From IMG/VR virus record IMGVR_UViG_3300017727_000080: 31,415 nt of DNA; one strand, 5' to 3'. Shown piece by piece: positions 1 to 7,302 of this stretch; the first letter of the stretch is position 1; every line of letters starts with the position of its first letter. The position numbers and the translations under genes are program-made. The notes beneath the pieces are model-generated. The model searched no databases and was not told the origin of the DNA. It saw only the letters and a list, made by a program, of their open reading frames with translations. Origin of the DNA: a virus.

Positions 1-123
1 GGTGTATTTAAACATAGATCAGAAACAAGCGAAACAGTAAGTAAGAACGAAGTAGATTATTTAGTAGATAAAGCTCGTGAATTTATGGAATATTATTCGA
101 GACGTTTCATTGATTTTATGTCA
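1..123. repeat. Terminal redundancy, left copy (identical to 31293-31415)
   Basis: Direct reading: ggtgtatttaaacatagatcag...cattgattttatgtca occurs at both ends of the window, 123/123 nt. The repeat lies inside an open reading frame. Confidence 0.9.
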
Positions 124-216
124 TTTAATCAATCAGATTATCCCGAATACACAAGTAATACAAATGACGACATTTATCCTGACTATGATGCATTATTTAA
201 TGGCTGGGTATTATGA
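1..216 (+). CDS. 3' part of the gene that starts at 30996 (head-tail adaptor-like protein, split by the window boundary)
   Basis: Frame 1 is open from base 1 to TGA at 214-216. It is in phase with the ORF 30996-31415 through the 123-nt overlap. The joined product is 170 aa (MATALFINRTDLVRN...DALFNGWVL). Confidence 0.6.
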   Translation, partial: GVFKHRSETSETVSKNEVDYLVDKAREFMEYYSRRFIDFMSFNQSDYPEYTSNTNDDIYPDYDALFNGWVL

Positions 217-291
217 GATATAAACCAAAACAAAAAAATATAGAAAAACTGAAAACGTTTTTAAAGAAACAAGAAATTAAAAATAAAAAAT

Positions 292-3200
292 ATGGCAAGT
301 CTATTTAACACAAGAATATCAGATACTTATTCAGGTTTAATCAAAACTATTGATAATGCTGCTTTAACTTCAAGTTTAAAAGAGCTAACAGACGGTACAG
401 GATTAGCAAGTGGGGTATTTATGAACACAGCAGGAGATTTTAAAGTTACTGCTATATTAGAATTTGGCTCTTTAAAAGATACAGGCGAAAATATAATTAT
501 AAGCAAGTTTGTAGATGCTGCAGATGGCGTTTTAAACAACGATAACGATACCTCTATGCCAACGACTGCTGCTATTATAGATTATGTACAAGGTCACGTT
601 ACATTGCAAGATTTAGACTTTGAAGGAGATACTGGTAATGGTTCTGTAGATTTAGATAGCCAATTATTAGACATTGCTGGAACTGCAAACGAAATAACAA
701 CAGTAGCATTAAATCAAAAACTTACTATTTCTTTAAATTCAAGTGGTGTTGTTTTACCTAATGGTTCAACTGCAACTACACAAAGTGCTGGAGATAATTC
801 TACAAAAATAGCTACAACATCTTATGTAGATACTTTAGATGCTGCGTCTGATTTAGACTTTAGTGGAGATAGTGGAACAGGAGATGTAAACCTAAATACT
901 CAAACATTTGCAATAACAGGAACAACTAACCAAATAACAACTGCAGCTTCGGGTCAAGGATTAAGTTTAAGTTTACCTGCAACAGTACATAGAGACTTAC
1001 AAGGAAACGTAACGGGTAACGTTACAGGAGACTTAACAGGTAATGTAACTGCAGCATCTGTATTAGCTAATGGTGTTACTGCAACAACACAAGCATCAAG
1101 TGACGATTCAACAAAAGTAGCGACAACTGCTTATGTAAAAGGTTTAAACAATGCAAGTGATTTAGATTTTACAACTGATTCAGGAAGTGGTGCAGTAGTT
1201 TTAAATTCAGAAACGTTTAGTGTTTTAGGAACAACTAATGAAATAGAAACATCAGGTTCTGGTCAAGCAGTAACAATAGGTTTACCAAGTACAGTAAATG
1301 TTAATGTAACTGGTAATCTTACAGGAAATGTTACTGGAAACGTGACAGGGAGTGTTACTGGAAATGTAACTGGAGATTTAACAGGAAACGCAGATACAGC
1401 TACTGCTTGGGAAACTGCAAGGGATTTATCTTTAACAGGTCAAGCAACTGGTACTATTTCAAGTGTAGACGGAACAGGAAATGTAAGTGGTGCAGTAACG
1501 TTAGACAATAATTCAGTAACAAGTAAAGTATTAACAGGATTAACTTCTCCTTCTGCAAGTTCTGTTTTAGCAACAGATACAATAGTTGAAGGTTTTGGAA
1601 AACTACAATCACAAGTAAACGGATTAGCAGGTGGATTAAGATTTATGGGAGATTGGAATGCAACGACTAATTCTCCAGTATTAAGTTCTGGGGGTGGAGA
1701 AGCTGCAAACGGAACAACAACTTCAACAACAGCAAATAAATTAATAGATAGTTCGGCAAGTTTTACAAGTACAGTAACGGTAGGAGATCAAGTAGTAAAT
1801 CAAGTAGACGGACAAACTGCATTAGTTTCAAACGTAGATAGTGATACAACACTTTCTTTAAGTGCAGACATAATGTTAACAGGAGAAGCCTATACAATAG
1901 ACAATAGTCCTTTTATAACACAAGGTCATTATTATGTTGTAAGTGTTGGAGGTACTACTACATTAAATGGTATATCTAACTGGACTGTAGGAGACTGGGT
2001 TATAGCTGGTGCAAACAATCAATGGACTAAATTAGATCATTCACAAGTAGACGGAACAGGAACAACAGGTAACTTAACTAAATGGTCAGCAACACAAGTA
2101 ATAGCAGATTCAATAGTTTCAGAATCAGGAACAGCAATTACAGTAGATGGTTCTTTGGCAACAAATAGTTTTTTAAGTTCAACAGGTAACTTTGCAGTAA
2201 ATACAGATAAATTTACAATAGCTGCTTCAAGTGGAAATACTGCCTTTACAGGAGATTTAGCAATAAACACAAATAAGTTTACAGTAAATGCTACAAGTGG
2301 AAATACTTTAGTTGCAGGAGATGTAACTTTGCCAAGTGGCTATTTAAATGTTACAACTGATGGAAGTGTAGCTTATGGTTTAATAATTAATTCAGCAGAC
2401 CAATCACATTCAAGAATAAGAATAAATAATACAGGTAGTGGAGGTAATGCGTGGAGTATAATGTCAGGAACTTCTGGAGTTAGTAATGATGGTTTTGCAA
2501 TTAGAAATGAAACTACAACAACTACTGCATTACAATTTACAAATACTGGAGCAGCAACTTTTGCAGGAAATTTAACAGTAGGAAGAAATATAGATTTATC
2601 AAGTACAGATTACTCTTATATTCAAGGTACTCATACAGGGGCTTCTGATGGCGAATATGTTATGAGAACTTTTGGATATGGAGATTCTACTTTTTATGGT
2701 TCTTTTGATATATTAAGACACGATACTGATGATGGTGAATTAAGATTAAGACAACGTATTGCGGGTACTGCAACTGACGTTTTATCAATAGTAGATGGAA
2801 ACTCAACTTTTGCAGGAGATGTAATTCAAAGTGGTGCTTCTAAAAGTTTGAAGTATTGGAGGAGGTTATGGACTGATGCTAATAATGATTGGGGTTTAAA
2901 TAATAATGCAGGTTCAGGTGTAATTTCTGTATCAGGTATGGGCACACCTTCTACAAGTATTACATCTTTTGCAGGTTTAATAGATGCAGGAGGTAGAATT
3001 AAGTTAAGCGGAGGAAATACAGACCAATATTTTGTTGAGGGTGCAAGGAATGGTATAGGTGTAACATATAGGGTATATGATAATGCAAACAATATTTATA
3101 ACGATGCATATAGTAGTTATGTTGTAAGGGTTAATCAACTTGGTGGAAGTGGCGGTGGTTTTTTCTTTTCTGGTGGAGACTTTAATTTAACAACTACAAA

Positions 3201-4425
3201 TGTTCATATTAATGGTGGAACAAACTATAATGATAAAAGTAATCTTAATTTGTCTAATGGTAGGACTGTAATACAGTCTGATATTGTTGATGGAACAGCA
3301 AATGGCGATACATCTTTAAGTTTCCAAACTCGTAAAAATGGTGGTACTGCAACAGCTATGTTTATTGATGAGTTTAGAAACGTAGGAATAGGAACTGATG
3401 ACCCTAATTCTACTTTAAGTTTAGAAAACAGCCAATCTACTGCTGCTAATAATACTACAACTGGTTCAATATTTGAAGCTGCAAGTCCTAATTCAGGAAT
3501 ATTTATGCGTAACAGAGGAGCTTCAGCAGGAATTGGTGGTTCAAATTATTCTACACAATTATTTACAGATTCAGGAGCAGGTAATTTCGAAATTTATAAT
3601 ATTGCTTCAACTTCTGACCTTGTTTTTGGCACAAATGCAACAGAAAAATTGCGTATAGAATCAAGTGGGCGTATAAAAGTACCAGGAGTAAATTATGACC
3701 CTACAAGTGCAGGAGGTAATGATACAGGAGGTTTATTTTTAGTTGGAGATACTTTAGGAGACGGTAATTTTACCGCAGGAATTGGGTTTGCTATGGGAAC
3801 AGGTACGGCTACTATATCTGGTTATCAAAATGGTACTGACTCAGATAGAATTGGTTTATCGTTTCACACTCACGGTTCTGGAACAGGAAGTGCAGCTGCA
3901 AATGAATCTATGCGTATTACAAGTGGGGGGGATTTTATATTTAATACAGGTTCTACATCTACACAAACATATCCAACTCAAGGGTCAAATCAAGTCCACG
4001 CTTCAGGTTCTACTTATTTTTCAATAGGACACATTACAGGTTCTTCAAGTGGAAATTTATATATAGGTTTTGGATATAATGGGGGTGCTATTGGTTCTAT
4101 AACACAAAACGGAACAACAGGAGTTGCATATAACACATCTTCTGATTACAGATTAAAAGAAGATTTACAGGACTTTGCAGGATTAGATATGGTTTCTAAA
4201 ATACCTGTTTATGACTTTAAATGGAAAACAGATGAAAGCAGAAGTTATGGAGTTATGGCTCACGAACTTCAAGAAATTCTACCTTTAGCAGTAACAGGAG
4301 AAAAAGATGCAGAAAAAATGCAGTCTGTGGATTATTCTAAAATAGTTCCTTTATTAGTAAAATCAATACAAGAACTAACAGCAAAAGTAGACAAATTGGA
4401 ACAAGAATGTAAATGTAAAAATTAG
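292..4425 (+). CDS. Tail fibre / receptor-binding protein with C-terminal intramolecular chaperone (peptidase S74) domain
   Basis: 1377 aa. Three tandem modules each start DLDF(E/S/T)xD(T/S)G, at nt 610, 850 and 1159, and each ends in a (D)xSTK(I/V)ATT(S/A)YV motif. There are GNVTG pentapeptide runs. The C-terminus NTSSDYRLKEDL...VYDFKWK...GVMAHELQEILP...VDYSKIVPLLVKSIQELTAKVDKLE fits the S-D-x-R-x-K autoproteolytic chaperone signature (about nt 4138-4422). Confidence 0.85.
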   Translation: MASLFNTRISDTYSGLIKTIDNAALTSSLKELTDGTGLASGVFMNTAGDFKVTAILEFGSLKDTGENIIISKFVDAADGVLNNDNDTSMPTTAAIIDYVQGHVTLQDLDFEGDTGNGSVDLDSQLLDIAGTANEITTVALNQKLTISLNSSGVVLPNGSTATTQSAGDNSTKIATTSYVDTLDAASDLDFSGDSGTGDVNLNTQTFAITGTTNQITTAASGQGLSLSLPATVHRDLQGNVTGNVTGDLTGNVTAASVLANGVTATTQASSDDSTKVATTAYVKGLNNASDLDFTTDSGSGAVVLNSETFSVLGTTNEIETSGSGQAVTIGLPSTVNVNVTGNLTGNVTGNVTGSVTGNVTGDLTGNADTATAWETARDLSLTGQATGTISSVDGTGNVSGAVTLDNNSVTSKVLTGLTSPSASSVLATDTIVEGFGKLQSQVNGLAGGLRFMGDWNATTNSPVLSSGGGEAANGTTTSTTANKLIDSSASFTSTVTVGDQVVNQVDGQTALVSNVDSDTTLSLSADIMLTGEAYTIDNSPFITQGHYYVVSVGGTTTLNGISNWTVGDWVIAGANNQWTKLDHSQVDGTGTTGNLTKWSATQVIADSIVSESGTAITVDGSLATNSFLSSTGNFAVNTDKFTIAASSGNTAFTGDLAINTNKFTVNATSGNTLVAGDVTLPSGYLNVTTDGSVAYGLIINSADQSHSRIRINNTGSGGNAWSIMSGTSGVSNDGFAIRNETTTTTALQFTNTGAATFAGNLTVGRNIDLSSTDYSYIQGTHTGASDGEYVMRTFGYGDSTFYGSFDILRHDTDDGELRLRQRIAGTATDVLSIVDGNSTFAGDVIQSGASKSLKYWRRLWTDANNDWGLNNNAGSGVISVSGMGTPSTSITSFAGLIDAGGRIKLSGGNTDQYFVEGARNGIGVTYRVYDNANNIYNDAYSSYVVRVNQLGGSGGGFFFSGGDFNLTTTNVHINGGTNYNDKSNLNLSNGRTVIQSDIVDGTANGDTSLSFQTRKNGGTATAMFIDEFRNVGIGTDDPNSTLSLENSQSTAANNTTTGSIFEAASPNSGIFMRNRGASAGIGGSNYSTQLFTDSGAGNFEIYNIASTSDLVFGTNATEKLRIESSGRIKVPGVNYDPTSAGGNDTGGLFLVGDTLGDGNFTAGIGFAMGTGTATISGYQNGTDSDRIGLSFHTHGSGTGSAAANESMRITSGGDFIFNTGSTSTQTYPTQGSNQVHASGSTYFSIGHITGSSSGNLYIGFGYNGGAIGSITQNGTTGVAYNTSSDYRLKEDLQDFAGLDMVSKIPVYDFKWKTDESRSYGVMAHELQEILPLAVTGEKDAEKMQSVDYSKIVPLLVKSIQELTAKVDKLEQECKCKN

Positions 4426-4456
4426 TATATTTGAATTTAATCATAAATTTAATAAA

Positions 4457-4690
4457 ATGTCAAAAATTACAAAAGAAGAATTAAAAGAATTACAAGAACA
4501 ACAAGGTAAGCTAAATGCTATTAAGCACGACATAGGATTGTTAAGTACACAAATCCATAGCTTAAACCATATGTACGCTAATGAAATTTCTAAACAAGAA
4601 GAATTAAAGAAATCATTAGAAGAAAAATATGGTAAAATAAACATAGACCTAAAGGATGGGTCATATGAAGAAATCAAAGAAGATAAATAA
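4457..4690 (+). CDS. Hypothetical coiled-coil protein (77 aa)
   Basis: ORF-track entry on the gene strand, tightly packed. Charged heptad-like sequence (EELKELQEQQGKLN...). No family recognised. Confidence 0.55.
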   Translation: MSKITKEELKELQEQQGKLNAIKHDIGLLSTQIHSLNHMYANEISKQEELKKSLEEKYGKINIDLKDGSYEEIKEDK

Positions 4691-4860
4691 TGAGTTTACA
4701 GGATATGAAATTGTATGCAATTAATTTTTTAGCTTTCACGTTGAGTTTCACAAATATTGATATGGTGTTAAAAATAATACTACTTACAGTTACAATCCTG
4801 TACACAACTCACAAATGGTATTTAATGTATGAAGAAAATAAGCGAAAACATAAGCTATAA
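4690..4860 (+). CDS. Small membrane protein, holin-like (56 aa; not in the ORF track)
   Basis: ATG at 4690 overlaps the upstream TAA. Product: MSLQDMKLYAINFLAFTLSFTNIDMVLKIILLTVTILYTTHKWYLMYEENKRKHKL. It has two hydrophobic segments and a charged C-tail. It overlaps the start of the endolysin gene. Confidence 0.4.
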   Translation: MSLQDMKLYAINFLAFTLSFTNIDMVLKIILLTVTILYTTHKWYLMYEENKRKHKL

Positions 4861-5302
4861 GGAAGCAGTACGTTCCGAAACAGCAAAACGTTTAGGTATA
4901 TCAAATAAACCTAAAAAAGAACATATTGAAAATATGGAGTTAATAGCAGAAAAAATCTTTCAGCCATTAAGAGAATGGGTAGATCATCCTATAAGAATTA
5001 ACAGCTTTTATAGATCAGAAGAATTAAATTCAAGAATTGGTGGTGCTATTTCATCTGCTCATAAAGACGGTTTAGCTATTGATTTAGATTCTTTAGGTAA
5101 CAAAACTAATTTAGAAATGCTACACTACATAAAAGACAATCTTGACTTTGATATTTTAATTAATGAATATCCTAATGAAGAAGGCGAACCTAAATGGATT
5201 CACGTTAGTTGGAATAAAAAGAAAAACAGAAAACAAGTTTTAGAAATAAAACGCAAAGGCAGATACTACACTTATACAGGCGAATGTAAAAGCTGTAAAT
5301 GA
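4829..5302 (+). CDS. Endolysin, peptidase M15 family (zinc cell-wall peptidase)
   Basis: 157 aa. INSFYRSEELN...GGAISSAHKDGLAIDLD...WIHVSW reproduces the SxHxxGxAxD plus distal His zinc-ligand arrangement of M15 (VanY / T5-endolysin-like) peptidases. Confidence 0.75.
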   Translation: MKKISENISYKEAVRSETAKRLGISNKPKKEHIENMELIAEKIFQPLREWVDHPIRINSFYRSEELNSRIGGAISSAHKDGLAIDLDSLGNKTNLEMLHYIKDNLDFDILINEYPNEEGEPKWIHVSWNKKKNRKQVLEIKRKGRYYTYTGECKSCK

Positions 5303-5460
5303 AAAAAGTAGAATTTGCTATAATTGAAAGATTTGCTCTTGGCATATTAATTGGTTTTAGTTATTTGCCAGAAGATGAGCATACTGACTTTACAGAGTTA
5401 AACATTTATGTAGTATTTATAGTATTACATTTTAAATTTTATAATAATGCCGATACCTAA
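5299..5460 (+). CDS. Small hydrophobic protein (53 aa; not in the ORF track)
   Basis: ATG at 5299 forms an ATGA overlap with the endolysin stop. Product: MKKVEFAIIERFALGILIGFSYLPEDEHTDFTELNIYVVFIVLHFKFYNNADT, with two short hydrophobic stretches. It overlaps the next start. Confidence 0.35.
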   Translation: MKKVEFAIIERFALGILIGFSYLPEDEHTDFTELNIYVVFIVLHFKFYNNADT

Positions 5461-5884
5461 AAAAAAGCAAGGAGAACAACAAAAGAATTTTATGATGCGT
5501 TGTGTTCCAGAACTTATGAAATACCACGATAAAGACCAAGCAATAGCAATGTGTTATGATGCTTTTAAGGGTTCGGTAGAATTAGAATCATATAATGACT
5601 ACCCACAAGGTGCAGTAAACAACGCTAAACGTGCTTTAAAATGGGTAGAAAAAAATGGATGGGGTTCTTGTGGAGAAGCAACAGGAAAAAAAAGAGCATC
5701 ACAAATAGCAAAAAAACAAAACATAACAAGAGATACTATAGCAAGAATGGCATCATTTAAAAGACATCAACAACATAAAGATGTACCATACACAGAAGGG
5801 TGTGGGGGTCTTATGTGGGATGCTTGGGGTGGTTCTGCTGGTATTAACTGGGCAATAAACAAACTCAAACAAATAGACAAATAA
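5447..5884 (+). CDS. Conserved phage protein of unknown function
   Basis: 145 aa. Motifs NNAKRALKW...GKKRASQIAKKQNITRDTIARMASFKRH...WDAWGGSAG resemble a domain I recall near capsid-morphogenesis genes in other phages. No function is known to me. Confidence 0.55.
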   Translation: MPIPKKKQGEQQKNFMMRCVPELMKYHDKDQAIAMCYDAFKGSVELESYNDYPQGAVNNAKRALKWVEKNGWGSCGEATGKKRASQIAKKQNITRDTIARMASFKRHQQHKDVPYTEGCGGLMWDAWGGSAGINWAINKLKQIDK

Positions 5885-6193
5885 ATGGCAACAAAGATTA
5901 GTGAAGATACTAACGTACAATTAGATTTAAAAACTATTGCAATGATTGTAGGAGGTGCAGTATCTCTTGCAAGTATGTGGTTTACATTACAAGGCGAAAT
6001 ATCTGATTTACAAAATAAGATAGATTCTTTTAGTGGAGATGAATTTGTACAAAGAATGGAGTTTCAGCTTAAAGACGAATTAATACGTTCTAACGTTATA
6101 CAAATAGATAACCTCACAAAAAATTTAAAAGAGGATATACAAGAAAATAAAGAATCAATTAAAGATTTAGAAATTAAAGTATTTAGAAGATGA
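5885..6193 (+). CDS. N-terminally anchored coiled-coil membrane protein (i-spanin-like topology)
   Basis: 102 aa. Single TM segment (TIAMIVGGAVSLASMWFTL) followed by a charged helical region. ATGA overlap with the next ORF, which carries a signal peptide. Confidence 0.45.
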   Translation: MATKISEDTNVQLDLKTIAMIVGGAVSLASMWFTLQGEISDLQNKIDSFSGDEFVQRMEFQLKDELIRSNVIQIDNLTKNLKEDIQENKESIKDLEIKVFRR

Positions 6194-6510
6194 AACATTT
6201 ACTATATGTTCTTTTTGTATTATTGGTGTGTTCTTTAAATGCACAAGAAACAACCGTTCTACAAATTAATGCAAAATGGAATTATAAAAACAATTATGAT
6301 TTATCAAGCATAAAAAATGCTGTAATTAAATTTAGTTATTTAAAAGACCAACCAGCAGACATAAGAAAAAACATAACAGCAGTTCCAGTAATTGCTATAA
6401 TAGATAAAAATGGTAAAGTTAGAATGCAGTATGTAGCTGACCTATCATTTAAAATACAAGCTACAAAACAACAAATACAAGAAACAGTTAACATTATATC
6501 AAAAGAATAA
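6190..6510 (+). CDS. Secreted or lipoprotein candidate with a degenerate thioredoxin-like fold (o-spanin position)
   Basis: 106 aa. N-terminal signal sequence MKHLLYVLFVLLVCSLNAQ. The body, VLQINAKWNYKN...AVPVIAIIDKNGKV, follows the thioredoxin-fold pattern but has WNYKN where WCxxC would be. Confidence 0.4.
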   Translation: MKHLLYVLFVLLVCSLNAQETTVLQINAKWNYKNNYDLSSIKNAVIKFSYLKDQPADIRKNITAVPVIAIIDKNGKVRMQYVADLSFKIQATKQQIQETVNIISKE

Positions 6511-6512
6511 TT

Positions 6513-6650
6513 ATGGAATTTATAAAACATCTTTTTGGTTTATGTGGCGAAAGTCATCTAAACATTTTTACAATAATAATAACACTAATTATATTAAAAA
6601 TAAGTTATGAAAAATATTTTAGCAAAACTATTTGGAGGAGCAGGAGGTAG
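6513..6650 (+). CDS. Possible 45-aa membrane miniprotein (not in the ORF track)
   Basis: ATG 3 nt after the upstream stop. Product: MEFIKHLFGLCGESHLNIFTIIITLIILKISYEKYFSKTIWRSRR, with one hydrophobic segment. It overlaps the 6607 ORF by 44 nt. Confidence 0.25.
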   Translation: MEFIKHLFGLCGESHLNIFTIIITLIILKISYEKYFSKTIWRSRR

Positions 6651-7014
6651 TATAGCAGAAAAAATATCTGGTATTATAGACAAACATACTTTTAGTAAAG
6701 TTGAAAAAGCTCAATTTGAAAAAGAGATGGAGGAGATATTTATAAAAGCTGAACTTGATTTAGAAAAAGAAATAACAAATCGTCACGCTGCAGATATGGC
6801 TTCTGATAGTTTCTTGTCAAAGAATATACGCCCTATGCTTACTATATTTTCTTTAGTTCTATATACTCTATTTGCTTTAATAGACGGTAACATAGGAGAA
6901 TTTAACATAGCTAATCAGTATGTAGACTTGCTTGGTCAGATAGTTATAATGAGTTTAGGGTTTTACTTTACATCAAGAGGTATAGAAAAAACAGCAAAGA
7001 TCATTAAGAAATAA
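6607..7014 (+). CDS. Holin candidate, GTA_holin_3TM-like
   Basis: 135 aa. The N-terminus LFGGAGGSIAEKISGIIDK, the helical EKEME...NRHAADMASDSFLSKNIRP segment, the hydrophobic segments and the terminal SRGIEKTAK follow the layout I recall for the 'holin of 3TMs for gene-transfer release' family. Confidence 0.55.
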   Translation: MKNILAKLFGGAGGSIAEKISGIIDKHTFSKVEKAQFEKEMEEIFIKAELDLEKEITNRHAADMASDSFLSKNIRPMLTIFSLVLYTLFALIDGNIGEFNIANQYVDLLGQIVIMSLGFYFTSRGIEKTAKIIKK

Positions 7015-7148
7015 TGGCTAAAGGAATTAATATAAACACATATAAGAGCAAATCAAAGAAGCGTAAAGGAATACACGCTAAAAGTAAAATGAGTGCCTTA
7101 AAAAGCTCTAAAAACTATTTTAAGAAATATAAAGGTCAAGGTAAATAA
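7014..7148 (+). CDS. Very basic 44-aa protein (not in the ORF track)
   Basis: ATG overlaps the upstream TAA (TAATG). Product: MAKGININTYKSKSKKRKGIHAKSKMSALKSSKNYFKKYKGQGK, about 36% K/R. It is the last ORF before the large non-coding gap. Confidence 0.35.
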   Translation: MAKGININTYKSKSKKRKGIHAKSKMSALKSSKNYFKKYKGQGK

Positions 7149-7156
7149 TATTTTTA

Positions 7157-7164
7157 TATATTTG
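7157..7164 (+). promoter_or_regulatory. TAnnTTTG box (Bacteroidota -7-type promoter element)
   Basis: TATATTTG is an exact match to the TAnnTTTG consensus. It lies at the start of the 7149-7302 intergenic gap. I saw no clear -33 TTTG. Confidence 0.3.
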
Positions 7165-7249
7165 TTTGGCTTATAGCAAAACTTGCACAACCTAATAAAG
7201 ATGGACGGTGCTTGGAACAGGTAATTAAATTATTTCTTTTTTGTAGGCT

Positions 7250-7295
7250 TTTTTCTTTCTTTTTCTTTTTGTCCTTTTTCTTTTTCTTTCTTTTT
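7250..7295. repeat. Perfect homopyrimidine/homopurine mirror repeat (21-nt arms, 4-nt spacer): H-DNA motif
   Basis: The left arm, 7250-7270, read backwards equals the right arm, 7275-7295, read forwards (TTTTTCTTTTTCTTTCTTTTT). The spacer is gtcc. Bases 7248-7295 are 47/48 pyrimidines on the + strand. Confidence 0.95.
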
Positions 7296-7302
7296 AGTTA
7301 TT

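Noticed and set aside
213-308. 31-aa lysine-rich ORF (MRYKPKQKNIEKLKTFLKKQEIKNKKYGKSI) between the adaptor gene and the tail-fibre gene
   Set aside because: It has an ATGA overlap with the upstream stop. But it is very short, its composition is what A-rich spacer DNA yields, and it overlaps the fibre start. The support is insufficient to call.
1003-1390. Short periodic nucleotide repeats (ggtaacgttacagga-type units) that could superficially resemble an array
   Set aside because: The repeats are in-frame codon repeats encoding GNVTG/DLTG peptide units within the fibre gene. There are no unique spacers of CRISPR-like length and no leader.
327-3092. Minus-strand ORFs 327-539, 2037-2270 and 2826-3092 inside the tail-fibre gene
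   Set aside because: These are antisense shadows of a long repetitive G/T/S/N-rich gene. They have no start context or neighbouring signals, and their translations are hydrophobic and low-complexity.
3473-4027. Plus-strand alternative-frame ORFs 3473-3658 and 3782-4027 within the tail-fibre gene
   Set aside because: They are off-frame ORFs with Q/L/V-rich nonsense-like translations. The zero frame carries clear fibre and S74 features. I found no slippery site and no coupling signature.
7165-7249. Possible tRNA or small RNA in the 7149-7302 gap (ggcttatagcaaaacttgcacaacctaataaagatggacggtgcttggaacagg)
   Set aside because: I could not fold it into a cloverleaf. It has no T-loop (GTTCRA) or D-loop signatures and no convincing stable hairpin. 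I leave it as unexplained non-coding sequence.
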